Of a DNA stretch of 64,000 bases, positions 24,782-36,988 are shown piece after piece. Below the pieces are notes generated by a model. It saw nothing but the letters and a program-made list of their open reading frames with translations. It searched no databases and was not told the DNA's origin. The translations under genes were made by a program, and so were the position numbers. How positions within the stretch are numbered: the stretch's first letter is position 1; each line of letters opens with the position of its first letter. Source of the stretch: Amoebophrya sp. A120 (taxonomy: Eukaryota > Protista > Dinoflagellata); contig CAJINV010000011.1 in NCBI GenBank assembly GCA_905178155.1, positions 3,195,144-3,259,143 on the forward strand. Direction: 5' to 3'.

Positions 24782-26243
24782 TCAATTTGAATTTACGAAC
24801 GTCGCGGCCCCCGAGCCTCCGACGATCAATTGCTTCGCTATCCCCCCGCCTCCCGCCGAGGCTGCGCCCCCCGAGCCCAGCACGTCATTCCAGATGTAAT
24901 TCAATAACCCCGGCCCGTCCAGCCCCAGCGCCTCCCGCACTTTCCCGTACCCCGTGGCGTCGGCGTCGATGTAGGCTGCCTCGATCGCCGCCCGCGCACT
25001 CCCCTCCTGCTGAATCTGCGCCGCCGTGCCCAAGGCGAGCGTGACCGTTTGGTTGGCCCGAGACGCGGCTTGGAGCAACCGCGTGGACAGCGTCACCTGC
25101 TTCGCCTGCAAAACTTTCTCCATTTTCGTGATGTTCTGCTTCGTGGTCGCAGCTTGTAATACTGCGTTGTAGAAGGCGGGGGGGAGGTCGTCCTCGTTGA
25201 TTTGAAACGACTCTACCAGGGCGAACAAATGTTTTATCAAATGTAAAAATGTCTGGGTTCTGGAAGGTTGGCGCTTGTGATGCTAATTCTGGATCATGCA
25301 AAAATCTGTGTTGCATGAATGCCAAAAGTTGCCCACTTTTGACGAAGTTGAGAGGAAGTTTCTCATGCAGGATAGGCATGATAGGGATCCCGCAGAATCT
25401 GTCATGCTAGGTCCTGCATTCCAGATGACATGGATCATGGAAAATCTGCATGACAAGTCTCGGAATCTTCCAGACCCAGACACTTTTGCATTTGATGTGT
25501 TTCTGGAAATACTCGTCGAGAACTGCTCGCATCTGGGTCGCGATGGCCTGCTTCTCGTTGAAGAACTGGCACTATGCGTTGCAAATATGTCTGGGTCTGG
25601 AAGATTGAGAGATTTGTATTGCTGAACTCGCATGTCCGTGAACTCTGTGATGCAGGTTGTGCAATAGCGCCACTCCTCTGTCAAGCAAAAAGGCGATTTC
25701 TCATGCGGGTTACGCACGACCTAAGCGCTCAATAATTTCTCATGCGTGGCTGCGTATTGGAATCAGTTGGTGATGCATGTATTAGCATCACAAGTTTCCA
25801 GACCCCGACATATTTGCATTCAATAGGTACGCGGTAAATTTCGTCGCCTGCTCGGTCACTAAATGGGCCGCGACGCGCCGGTAAATCCGCAGATAGTCCT
25901 CCCCGAATCTATGGTAGAGCAAGTACAAATTCATCGGGTCTAGCCGGTACTGAAAGCTGGCCCCGAGAATCAACGGTAACCCGTCGGACGTGCGCCCATC
26001 CAGAATATCCGCGTCGTCAAATTGTAGCGTTTGGATGGTCTTCGGAAACCGCTTCAGCGTCGCGAACGGGAGCACGTAGAGCCCGTTCGTCGTGTAGGGC
26101 TTGGGGTCCACGGTCTCGAGGATGTAGTTGTATTTCAAACCCATCTCGATGGGGGATAACTGCGTTACACTCGCGACGAGAATGCAAGCCGCGATGATGA
26201 GAAACGCGATGATCGCGCCGAAAGCACAGGCGAGGAGGCCCAT
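24782..26243 (-). CDS. SPFH/Band-7 (prohibitin/stomatin-like) membrane protein, three exons
   Basis: N-terminal TM segment, then EMGLKYN..GLY..FPKTIQTL..RTSDGLPL..SFQYRL. Exons join across two introners: KFTAY-QFFNEKQAIATQMRAVLDEYFQK-HLFALVESFQI. Confidence 0.85.
25235..25497. mobile_element. Introner, TIR family A
   Basis: TATCAAATGTAAAAATGTCTGGGT...CCAGACCCAGACACTTTTGCATTTGATG (terminal TA changed to TG), DR TGTTT/TGTTT. Frame restored. Confidence 0.9.
25573..25825. mobile_element. Introner, TIR family A
   Basis: TATGCGTTGCAAATATGTCTGGGTCTGGAA...TTCCAGACCCCGACATATTTGCATTCAATA, DR GGCAC/GGTAC. Frame restored. Confidence 0.9.
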
Positions 26244-26817
26244 TTTTTTGAACTTCTTGTATGAAGAAGTTCTTTGGAGTATTTGTTAAGCTCTTTTTAC
26301 ATTAAAAGACTCAAACCTGGACTTGCTCTCAACATCGCTGCAGAACAAGAAGTCGGTTGTTGCCTACTAGTACACCAGTTGAGATCAAAAGAACCCGCCC
26401 TCTCCATCTCCCTGGCTGCTTCACTCAACACCTTGAAAACTATGGCTCTCACTCTGTCGTCCCTGCTCGTGGTGCAACACGTCCGTTAAGAGAATTGCTC
26501 GTCGTAGTCTATCGTCTTTTATTCCAGCAGTTGTGCAGCGGTCCTGTAAAATCCTATCACATGTTCTCACTTCACTTTACACCTCCTGAATTGTAAAAAA
26601 CCACCAGTTTGCCTGAAGTGTTGACATCCTCTGGAGTCTCTTCAACATCTTTATTTTCATATAGAAATAAACCACACGACAAAACATAAAGAGCTTCATT
26701 CTTTCACAGGAGCTGCATCTTCTTGTAAAATATCGGTATGCGTTTATAATTACGCTTCAAAAGATTTTTCATTTCTGCAAAAATAATGCGTTTCCACTTC
26801 TACAAAATCCGATTCGT

Positions 26818-29800
26818 TCAGTCGATCATGCCAGATCGTTCCCGCTGGTACTTCTTGAACCCGTCCACACCCCGGCGCGCCAGCACCTCGCAGTGTCGCC
26901 GCGTCATGTTCCCCTCGAGCGTCAAAGCCCGCAGCGCCACCCAGCAGCCCCAGGACAACGGCAAGTCCCGCAGGCTGTTGTTTTGTAGCAACAGCGTGTT
27001 TAACTTCGTCACGGCGAACACTTCTCCGTTGGTAATCTCCTGGATCTGGTTGTCCGATAAATCCAACACCGTCAACTTTCCCCCGAGCGGCAGCTTTTGC
27101 ACTGCTTCCTGGCCGCACAGGCGGGAAAAGCGGTTCTGCGACAACCGGAGCTCGTGGAGGTTCAGGCACGTGCTCACGTCAGGGAGTAAAGTGAACCGGT
27201 TGCGGCTCAAATCCAAAGATTGTAAGAACGGTAAGAACAGGTGAATCTGCGTGCCCCAGTTGCACCGGACGAAGGCCAGCTGGCGCAGGTGGCTAAAATC
27301 GAAACCCGGCAGCGGCGAGGAGGACAGAAACGCACAGATGCTGCCGGCGTCCTCCAGCGCGTAGCCACCGCAGTTTTCGAAGTGCAGAGCTTGCGGGCAC
27401 GTAGTTTCGGGGGCGTAGCCGTCGCACAAATTGTGCTCGAGCTCGCGAGCGAGCATGTCGATCGTGGAAATCACTTTATTTTTGAAAACGCCGCGGACCT
27501 GGATAATCGAAGCGGGGTCGCGCGTGGTTGTAGGAGCACCCGTCGAGTTATTATCGTAGTAGGCGTTGATCATGTTGTTGTTACCAGGAACTCGTCCACC
27601 TGCCGCTACGGAGGCGCCAGGGTAGGTGGGAGCTGCAGTAGAGCTAGAGCCCACGCCAATACGAATATTACCCATGTTCATGTTACTGTTTCGGGGACAA
27701 GGAGGTAACGATCCCGCAAAGTTCTGTTGGGGGATCTGCTCGTTATTATGGTGTCCTCCTCCAGAGGGGGGAAAGGGTCCTCGTGGGGGCGGGATTATAT
27801 TGTGATTATTTTGCATCCTCGCGTTCGTTCCCGTCGGAAAAATGCCGTTGCCCGAATAAGGCGGAGACGTGGTCGAGTAGTAGGGATTGTTGTCGTTGTT
27901 TCCACCGCCAAAAGCCTGCCCTCCAGGACAGACCTGCTGCTGCACACTTTGGACTGTCGAGAGCCGTCCCACGCCGGAATGATCGGGAGAAGATTCGAAT
28001 CCCCCACGACCGGAGTTGTGGCTCATCCTGGAGGACCTTGGCATGTTGTCGGTAGTTTGATGGTGCCCATTATTCGCGGCCAGTACCCCGGCGAGCGCGC
28101 CCAGGAGCACGGGCGTTTCCACATTTCGAAAAGAACTGCCGACTTCCGCCGCCGCGGGCGAAGTGACAGACGTGATCGAGGTCCGGTTCTTGTTCTGAAT
28201 AATATTGTTCCCAGTGCAACCGCCAATAGAAGTGGTATTCATCCCAGATGAACTTCTACCCGCGGGTAAGTACTGCTGCTGTCGCGAAGAAGAAGTGTCG
28301 GGCAGGTCGAATTGCGGTCCACCTCCAGAAGACTGAAAACTGCCATTATTACCTGGCTGCAGTTCTTGCTGGAAGGGGGACAGGTCAACGAACCCGTCTA
28401 CACCGGTTGGGATGTTGACGCTGTTGTCGCTAAAACTACACGACGACGACGAGGGACCAATATTGTTATTAACATGCGAGTTGTTGTATCCCGTGCAAGA
28501 AAAGCATCGCACTCTTAGTCGTACTGATTGCAATCGTATGACAGATTGCACTTTGCAGCGACGTCGCTGTTAATTGCAAATTCCATTTTTCATTGCGCAG
28601 CACACTTTACTTTCTATATGCAATTGATACTATTGAGTGCGATGCTTTTCTATTTAATGCATACGTTGTGCCGGTCTCGCAGATACTTTTTCAAATCCTC
28701 CACACCGCCGCGGAGCACTTGCGGCCGGATGGCCTTGATCGCGTTCCCGTCGGTGACGATTCGTTTCAGCTCGGGAGAGAAGCCCAAGCTGGTCGGCAGG
28801 CAGGTCAAGTCGTTGTTCTGAATATCTAACGTTTGGAGGTGCGGAAAATTCAGGGCCATGTGCTCCGGGAGCGATCTTAACTGGTTGTTGGAGAGAATCA
28901 AAACGGTCAAATTGCTCGGGGTTTGCTTCGGAAAGGGGGAAGCGGTGTTGTTTTTGGACTCATTTTGTAGTTCTTGGTCGAAGACTACGTGTTGGCCATG
29001 ACCACCGCCACCGCTGTTCAAAAAAATCCGGTCCTCCATGTCGCCGAGTGAATCCATAGGAAAATAAACAAACCTTGTTCCCCATGATCCGTTTTAGCAT
29101 GACAAATGCAGGCCATTTTTCATGTTTTGCATGACAAATTGAGGATGGGAATACATGGTATAATATTTTCCTGGATAGTGCAGCCGGTTGTATGCTAAGT
29201 TCAAAGTATCCAAGTTGAGCATCGCGGTCTATGAATTGCAAAAGTGTCTGGGTCTGGAAGGTTGGAACTTGTGATGCTAACTTTGGACTCTAACAAAATC
29301 TGTATTGCATGACTAGCAAGAGGAGTCTAGTTTGTGCTACCCGGGGAGGGCTTTTGTCATGCGGAGTAGGCATCAGGAAGCCCTCTAAGGATCTGTGATG
29401 CTAGGTCGTGCATTACAAACACATCCTGGGCCATGCAAAATATGCATGACAAACCTGGCAACATTCCAGACCCAGACATTTTTGCAATCCATACGGTCCC
29501 GGACTGCACGATCGAAATCTGGTTTTGCGACGCCGTCAGCGTTCGGAGTTTGTCCATCAGGGTCAGGTCCAGACCTGTCAGCCGGTTTTTGTCCACTTCC
29601 AGCTCCACCACATTTCGCAAGCAGTCGAAGGGGCCGAACGGCCCCGTCAGCGCATTCGCCTTCAAATTCACCCGCACGAGGTTCGGGAAGAACCGGAGAA
29701 AGTTCGGGCAGGGCAGGTTATTCTCGGCCGCTTGCAGAATCGCGAGCTGAGAACACGGGGTCGTGTTTTTCACGCCGTTGTCTTGTCCTCCACCTGGTGT

Positions 29801-31195
29801 ACTAACAGCTTTTGTTGTATCTTTCACCGGTTCAATTTTCTGCAACTGTTTGTTCCAGCTGCACAGAAGTTCCACAATGTTCAGCGGCAAATCCTCGAGG
29901 GATTCGATCGTGTTTTCCCGCACATCCAGAGTTTTCAGATTCTCCAGTCCCGAAATCGCTACATCCAGCTTGTGCTGGCACGGGAGCCCGAAAAATTGGT
30001 TTTCTTGCAGGGACAGCTTTTCCAGGTTGTGAAACAGCGGGGAGGCGGAAAGCAGGTGGGGAATAAACTGCAATTTGTTTTGACTCAGGTCCATCTGCCG
30101 GATTTCTTCCTCCTCCCACCATTTCACGTCTTTCGTCTGCTGCTTCTTCTCGTTGAAAAACGCCGGGTTGGGCTTCAGACGGAAGATATCCTGTGTAAAA
30201 ACGTCCCCACCTAGTACTTGTCATGCAAATCTGCAAGACTGAATTGTTCATCATGCGCAACTCCATGCGAAGTATTTTCTACTGGTGTTTTGGAACATGT
30301 CATGCTTGAATCAGGATGAGGCGCTCGATCTGTGATGCTGCTGCGATAGCTACATACGACTACACCGCAACCCCAAATTTACTTGTCATGCGCAACAAGA
30401 ACCAAGGCTTGTTCATTTGTCTAGCAGATATCCCATCTGGACTCTGGGAGGGAGGTGGAGACGTTTTTACACGGGATAGGAGAAGTTTTTCCCTTTACCC
30501 TTGCTGCTCGTGGTGGAGCTGACCGTCGAGTTGCGACCGGTGGAGGGATATCAAATGTAAAAGTGTCTGGGTCTGGAAGAATGCAACTTGTCATGCTAAA
30601 TCTGAAGCATGCAAAAATCTGTGTTGCATGGTTACCAAAGGTGGCCCAGTTTTGACCAACTCTGGAGGGAGTCTCTCATGCAGGATAGGCATGAGAGAGA
30701 TCGCACAGAATCTGTCACGCTAGGCCCTGCATTCCAGACCTCATGGGCCATCGAAAACCTGCATCACAAATCTTGCACTCTTCCAGACCCAGACCTAATT
30801 GCAATCCATAAGGGAGTGGTGGACAGTCGGTAGTTCTCCTCGCTCTTTTCCGACGCGCTGGTAGAAGACGAGGCTGGGCGGTTATTTTGGCTATCTTCGT
30901 TGTCCCAGCGTAAGTCGACGGGTTTGGTAGCACACTGCGAAGATCCTCCCCCTGCAGGCGTGGTCATGCTTGCGGAGTTGATGTCACTGGTATTGTGCGC
31001 GTTGTCGTAATCATATTCACTGCCCTTCTGAATCAACACAGCCGGAAATTCCGAGAGACCAAATCCCACCAGACTGAGCGCGCGCTCGTCCCCGCTCTGG
31101 GCTCGCTCCAGAGCGCGCTGCACACGCGCATTCAGGCCTTGCTGGTCCTTGCGCGCAACCTCCTCGGTGGAATGGATAGGAAGGAAACGAGCCAT
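26818..31195 (-). CDS. Leucine-rich repeat protein, multi-exon (four TIR introns plus at least one GT-AG intron)
   Basis: Many LxxLxLxxNxL repeats (LEKLSLQENQF, LKTLDVRENTI, LQTLDIQNNDL, LQSLDLSRNRF). In-frame joins STTP-STGRN, KNFS-RLKPN, QSGT-AMLNLDTLNLAYNRL. Confidence 0.88.
29051..29177. mobile_element. Short degenerate TIR intron
   Basis: ATCC(AT)AGGAAAATA...TATTTTCCTGGAT inverted ends and internal GCATGACAAA x2. No clear 5-bp DR, but removal of 126 or 132 nt keeps the LRR frame. Confidence 0.6.
29230..29493. mobile_element. Introner, TIR family A
   Basis: TATGAATTGCAAAAGTGTCTGGGTCTGGAA...TTCCAGACCCAGACATTTTTGCAATCCATA, DR CGGTC/CGGTC. Confidence 0.92.
30187..30478. mobile_element. Introner, TIR family B
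   Basis: TATCCTGTGTAAAAACGTCCCCACCT...AGGTGGAGACGTTTTTACACGGGATA, DR GAAGA/GGAGA. Confidence 0.9.
30549..30810. mobile_element. Introner, TIR family A
   Basis: TATCAAATGTAAAAGTGTCTGGGTCTGGAAGA...TCTTCCAGACCCAGACCTAATTGCAATCCATA, DR AGGGA/AGGGA. Confidence 0.92.
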
Positions 31196-31701
31196 AGTGC
31201 TTTAATTATATTTTTCGCGGTTTCTTCAAAAAATCTACTTTACATCACAAATCTTAATTCCCTTTACACCGATTTGTTTTTGTTCGTTTTCTTTCTGCTA
31301 AAAGATATAAAATAAGCAAGGCGCTAGTCTACTGCTCTTACGCAATTTTTTTACTTCTTCCCTTCTTCGCACTAACTGTCCTGCCGTACTTTCAATACAG
31401 TTGCTCGTCCTTGCTGCCTAAGTTTTTATGTGGTATTGTGAACAATAAAGCTGTCAGTACCTCAAAAATTGCTTGTCCTCGAGTTGTGCAGCCTCGAAGA
31501 GTTCTAGGAGGTGTGTCTTTGACTGTCTCTATGAACCTCTACCTTAACCTTTCTAAGCACGCCTTGTTTGTCCTGTTCGATTTTTTCAGCAGAAGATAAC
31601 CTGCTCGCACTGACAAAACGCAATAAAACCGAACTTCCATGAATCTGACAGAAAACGGGAAAAAACTGCCTCAGTAAGGGAGGCATCTATTCCCCTAGCG
31701 G

Positions 31702-32198
31702 CTGAAATTTCATATGCAAAAAGAAAAACTTGCAGCACAGAATACCGTCGGGAAATCAATTACCCCGCTGCGGGGTAATTATTTCCCCCAACTAAAATTT
31801 GATATGCCAAACCGGCAGCACAGAATACCGTCGGTGAATTAATTACCCCGCTGCGGGGTAATTATTTCCACCACCTGAAATTTGATATGCCAAACCGGCA
31901 GCACAGAATACCGTCGGGGAATCAATTACCCCGCTGCGGGGTAATTATTTCCACCACCTGAAATTTGATATGCCAAACCGGCAGCACAGAATACCGTCGG
32001 GGAATTAATTACCCCGCTGCGGGGTAATTATTCCCACCACCTGAAATTTGATATGCCAAACCGGCAGCACAGAATACCGCCGGTGAATTAATTACCCCGC
32101 TGCGGGGTAATTATTCCCACCACCTGAAATTTGATATGCCAAACCGGCAGCACAGAATACCGCCGGTGAATTAATTACCCCGCTGCGGGGTAATTATT
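31702..32198. repeat. Tandem repeat, 83-bp unit x ~6, each unit with palindrome AATTACCCCGC-T-GCGGGGTAATT
   Basis: AATACCG recurs at 31741, 31824, 31907, 31990, 32073 and 32156 (period 83). Intergenic. Confidence 0.95.
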
Positions 32199-32947
32199 CA
32201 CTACCAAACCAAAATCACGGACTTTCACCAAGCGAGTACGGCAATCATTATTAATCTTTTGCACATTGAGAATCGCTACGCCTGTTTCGCGCTTTCTCAA
32301 CATCCTCACAACATTCATCGAATCGAATCTTGCCCGTCTGATTGTCAAACTGATCTGAAAAACTGAGCCGCCACAAAGCAGAGAACGAAAAACATTAGAA
32401 GTGCCAGGCACACGGGTGCAAAAAAGGATCCGCGCTAACACCTCAAAGGCGTGCTTTTCTTCCTGATCGCGTATCACTGAGCTGACAAAACGAAAACGCT
32501 ATTATTAGCTGCAAGGACAATAAACCAGAACCTTTGCGCCGTACTTCTTCAACTGCGGAAAGCGAACATCAGAGAGCAAAGATTAGAGGCTTTGCTTTCC
32601 GACAAAAGTCCTTTATTATCCTGCTGTCGAGTACATTTCACATTTCTCTACATCTGGTTTTTACCTATGCATTGAACGCAGAGCTGTCAGTCATTTTCCA
32701 AGGTCGTGCAGAAATTACCTCCGAGTTAAAAGTTCATTAAAACGCACCTGAACCACTACAGCCGGTCAACACGTTGCAGAGGATCATACAGCAAACGACC
32801 GCGCCAGATGAATCTTCTGGCTAGTACCAATTATTTTGTGGGCCGCAGCTCCATTTATTTCTTGAGCATTCCTATTGATTCTCTAACTCTAGCGGACTGG
32901 TGTCAGTCTGCGCAATAAAAGGTACAACGAACCAGCTGCACCACTTC

Positions 32948-35707
32948 TCAGACCGCCCACGCATCCGTGCTTTTCCTCAATCCGAGTTGGGCGTCCCGGA
33001 CTTGTCGGGTGAAGACCCGCTGCAGACTTTCGTGCCACCTCCGACACCGAGGCAATTTTCTAGAAATCGCCACCAGCAGCCCCTTATCAACTGCAAATAT
33101 GTCTGGGTCTGGAAGGTTGCAACTTGTAATGCTAGCTCTCCATACTTAGGAAATCTGTATTGCATAGCCAACAAAAGTCGCAGCCTCTTTCGTACATGCA
33201 AAAACGTAGTTTCTCATGCGGATTTCCTATGAGAAAGCGTTCTCAAAAGTTGTCATGCTGTGTTGCATTCGGAACTGTTTCCAACATCCACATTTTAGCA
33301 TCACAAGTTTCCAGATCCAGACATTTTTGCAATGCATACCCCTCGCTCGGGTCTAGTCTTTCCTCGAAGTCGTTCAAGTTTGGCGGGAACTGGCTATCCT
33401 CTGTAAAAACGTCCCCACCCTAGAGTTGTCATGCAGAATTACAATCACAGAAAAACTTGTAATGCGCATTTCCATGAGAGGCATTTTCAATCGTGTTATG
33501 CAATTTGTGAAGCTGTAAACAGGATACCAGGATGGATTTGTGATGCGGTTGTCCTTGCTAACCCGCATTACAGTACAGAGAAAAACTTGTCATGCGTGAC
33601 TTCCGAAACTTCTGGATCTGTGTTGCAGAATTCCCAACTTGACTCTGGGGTGGGGACGTTTTTACACAGGATACCGGCGGAGCTTGATCTTGTCCACCAT
33701 GCGGTTCACCAGAAACTGCTCCGCGTTGCGCTGCTCCAGTTTGGTGACGTTTGCGATTTTCTGTTCCTGAATGTTGAACTCCGTCAGTCGCATCGGATCC
33801 TTCAGAAAAAGCGGATCGTCGACTAAATACAGCTCGTAGTTGTTCTCGAGTAGGTGCTTGTGCAGTACCTCGTGCAGCAATTTCCGCACCTGCGGCCGGG
33901 TTGCGTCGTCGAACTCCCGATCAATCTGCCGGTCCATGATTCTTTCCTTCTCCTCCTCTATTTTCTGCTGCGCCAGCTGCGCTTCCGAAAGCTTCTCGAC
34001 CGCATTTAGCGGGACGGGGTCAATCAGTTTTTTCGCCGCCGGCTTTGGAATTCTCTCCCCGTTGAGAATGATATCTGGCTCGGCAGGAGCGGTATCAGCG
34101 GCTTGCTCCTTTTCCAGTAGTTCTTCTCTTCGTTTCCGCCAAAATTTGTCCGCCGAAGAGAAAATCCGCTCCGTCGACATCATCGCGGGGCGCGCTAGCA
34201 CCACGCAGATCTCGTTTTTCTGCAGCAGCACCTTCGCACCTTTCAGCGCGTTGAGCTCGCAGAATTGGCAATGAAGTTTCAGAATGTCGATCTTCGGAAG
34301 GTGGTTCTGGTTCAATATTTTTACTGGTGCGTTTTTATTGTCCACGTCCTGCTCTTGTCCAGTAGTTCCACTTGTTCCACCATCGGCACTATACGTCCCT
34401 CTTCGAAAGTAGTAGTCCAAGGTCACACTGACCACATCGTGTTCGCAGTCCGTCCGGCCGCTGGCGCAACTGTTCTCCGTGTCCAGAAACGTTTCCGCGG
34501 TCCGCGTGGTGGGGAAATACAGCGACTTCTTCTGTCCCGGCTGCTCGTCGTTGCCGACCAACATGTGCTCCACCTTCATACTTTGCTCCGCCCCGTGGCC
34601 GAAGATGGACCGCTTGAACGTCTGCTGCGCCAGCCGGTTCGGCTCAAACCCGGTGACCTGTACCTGCTTCCCAAACTTCTGCCACGCGTAGAGCGTGCAG
34701 TCGCCGGTGTGCGTGCCAACCTCGACTATGTGGAGGGGCGCGGAAGTACTAGAAATGCTACCGTGCAGCTGCGGAGTTTTCGACGTTGGAGCAGTAGTAG
34801 TCACAACACCGTCTATTGCAGCAGAAGATGTTGTCCTTCCTCCTACTATTGAAATTCCTTCCTCACTTGTCTCCTCGTGCGGCCGCAGGCTGTCCCAGAA
34901 TTCCGGGGCGGTCAAGTCCGCCATCGTGCTGAGCCCGGGAAGATTGTGGCCGGCGGTGGCCTGTCGTCTACGTCGAAACGCTCTGCGGGCGGAAACTTGG
35001 TCTGCGACGGGCGCGAACTCGCGGCAGGCGCCGTGCAGTGCCGGCGTAGAAGAAATTGCATGTTTTGCTGCGCGACCGCAGTGGTGGCTCGCCGCAGATT
35101 TTGTTACAGCAGCTCCGGCACTGGATATAGAAGTATTAGAGGTCCTCTTTCTTGTCCCGGCTGGCGACTTTTGTACCAGCTGCGCGCTACTGCTTGTACC
35201 TATCCGTTCTGCTACTGCCTTGACGGTTGTTTTTCTTTCTTTCATCATCCCAGACGCGCCTAGTACCTGGCTGTCTGCACGACCTGTAGTTCCACCGCCT
35301 CCCAGCGGGTCTACCGCGGGCAGGCTCTCGACCAACCGGAGCCAAAACGGTTCGGTGCACATCAATTTCCCTGTCGCCCGCACCACGTTGCTCAGGCTGT
35401 CCGTTGCCGGGATGGTGTGCACGCGCTCGCGAAGCACGTTGGGCGTGCCGGTTTCGAGCAGGCCCAGGATCGCCGGAAAAATGAAGGGCGTTTCCAGCAA
35501 CTGCCGCAACCGCCGCTCGTAGGGCACAAAGGCGTCCCGCACGCACTCTTCTGCCATGGTAATCAGCCGCTGCCCCTCCTTGTGCAGCAGTTCCGCGTGC
35601 TCCGTGTCGACCACCCGAATGGTCGGCGCGTCAAAAAACAGCACACTGTAGGCCGCTGCCAGGTACAGCGTGGCCTGCCGGAACTTCTGCGACCGCAAGA
35701 TCCGCAT
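32948..35707 (-). CDS. FkbM-family SAM-dependent methyltransferase
   Basis: HIVEVGTHTGDCTL, VTGFEPN, VTLD, IDILKLHCQFCELNALKGA. The C-terminus continues across two introners (KLRR-FPPNLNDFEERLDPSEG-LLVAISRK) to TGA at 32948. Confidence 0.8.
33085..33338. mobile_element. Introner, TIR family A
   Basis: TATCAACTGCAAATATGTCTGGGTCTGGAA...TTCCAGATCCAGACATTTTTGCAATGCATA, DR CCCCT/CCCCT. Confidence 0.92.
33395..33673. mobile_element. Introner, TIR family B
   Basis: TATCCTCTGTAAAAACGTCCCCACCC...GGGTGGGGACGTTTTTACACAGGATA, DR CTGGC/CCGGC. Confidence 0.92.
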
Positions 35708-35948
35708 CTCACGCTTCAGTTTACTGTAACTTCTTGCCTCTTCTGAAGATACTATCGTGGCGAAACGTACAAATACCGTACGAAATAATGCAGAATGATT
35801 TTAGTACATGCGAATTCTGCAGCATAGCGTATTTTTCTTCTGACCTGCAGTTGTCCGGTGCATAGTGTTCCATTAGAGCTTGCTGCGAGCGGCTGTCAGC
35901 TACGCTGACAGATTTTCTTTATACCTGTATCGATTCTTTTCATATTTT

Positions 35949-36284
35949 TCACCATGGCACGGTAGTAGAAATTTTTTTCCGTGTGATATCATCTTCGTCC
36001 TTAGGCAGGTCGTTACTCAATCCAGCATTATCCGCCTCACGCGTCGCTGTTTCGATGCCGAGAAACGGGGAACCGGCTGCGTCCGAATCCGCGGCCTCGT
36101 CCCGCAGGTCGAAGATCAGGTTGTCCGTGACGCCCGGCCGCTGTCCTCGGAGCCTCTCCAGCCGGGCTTCGCGCTCGGTCTCCACGTTTTTCCCCTCAGG
36201 CATGGCCGGCATGCGTTTGCTGCACGCTCCCGGCCGCATGCGGGGGTCCGCTTCTCGGTCGTGGTGCAACAGGCGCATGACCAT
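35949..36284 (-). CDS. Probable upstream exon of the FkbM-like gene
   Basis: Coding-like 111-aa ORF ending near a GT donor (tg|gtgaaa) that can join ttacag|taaactg in frame. Not verified. Confidence 0.4.
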   Translation of the reverse strand: MVMRLLHHDREADPRMRPGACSKRMPAMPEGKNVETEREARLERLRGQRPGVTDNLIFDLRDEAADSDAAGSPFLGIETATREADNAGLSNDLPKDEDDITRKKISTTVPW

Positions 36285-36418
36285 GTCCGTGTGAATCCGT
36301 TTGCGGCATGCATGGCAAAAGTATTTCGGATCATTTTCTGCGCTTTAGCTTGTTCATTTAGGCCCTAACTTCCTTATGCAGATTTGCGAACCTCGCAGGA
36401 AGGAATTGACTTCTCGCC

Positions 36419-36988
36419 AAGCACTTAGCGCCCTAAAGTAGTGCGAAGCACTTAAGCAGCTAAAGTAGTGCGAAGCACTTAGTGCCCTAAAGTAGTGCGA
36501 AGCACTTAGGCAGCTAAAGTAGTGCGAAGCACTTAGTGCCCTAAAGTAGTGCGAAGCACTTAGGCAGCTAAAGTAGTGCGAAGCACTTAGTGCCCTAAAG
36601 TAGTGCGAAGCACTTAAGGAGCTAAAGTAGTGCGAAGCACTTAGCGCCCTAAAGTAGTGCGAAGTACTTAAGGAGCTAAAGTAGTGCGAGGCACTTAGCC
36701 CCCTGAAGTGGTGCGAAGCACTGAAGGAGCTAAAGTAGTGCGAAGCACTTAGCGCCCTAAAGTAGTGCGAAGCACTTAAGCAGCTAAACTAGTGCGAAGC
36801 ACTTAGCGCCCTAAAGTCGTACGAAGCACTTATGCGGCTAAAGTAGTGCGAAGCACTTAGCGCCCTAAAGTCGTGCGAAGCACTTAAGCAGCTTAAGTAG
36901 TGCGAAGCAGTTAGCGCCCTAAAGTAGTGCGCAGCACTTAAGCAGCTAAAGCAGTGCGAAGCACTTAGCGCTCTAACGTTGTGCGAAA
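36419..36988. repeat. Minisatellite, 27-bp unit x ~21 with alternating A/B variants (54-bp higher order)
   Basis: GCACTTAGCGCCCTAAAGTAGTGCGAA alternating with GCACTTA(A/G)GCAGCTAAAGTAGTGCGAA. Unit junctions form AGTGC-GAA-GCACT. Confidence 0.95.

Noticed and set aside
31702-32198. CRISPR-like array of palindromic repeats
   Set aside because: The sequences between palindromes are near-identical rather than unique spacers, there are no cas genes, and the context is eukaryotic.
36419-36988. CRISPR array, or coding repeat ORF 36789-37121
   Set aside because: No unique spacers. The SHYFRALSA frame is broken by a stop at 36789 and has no other support.
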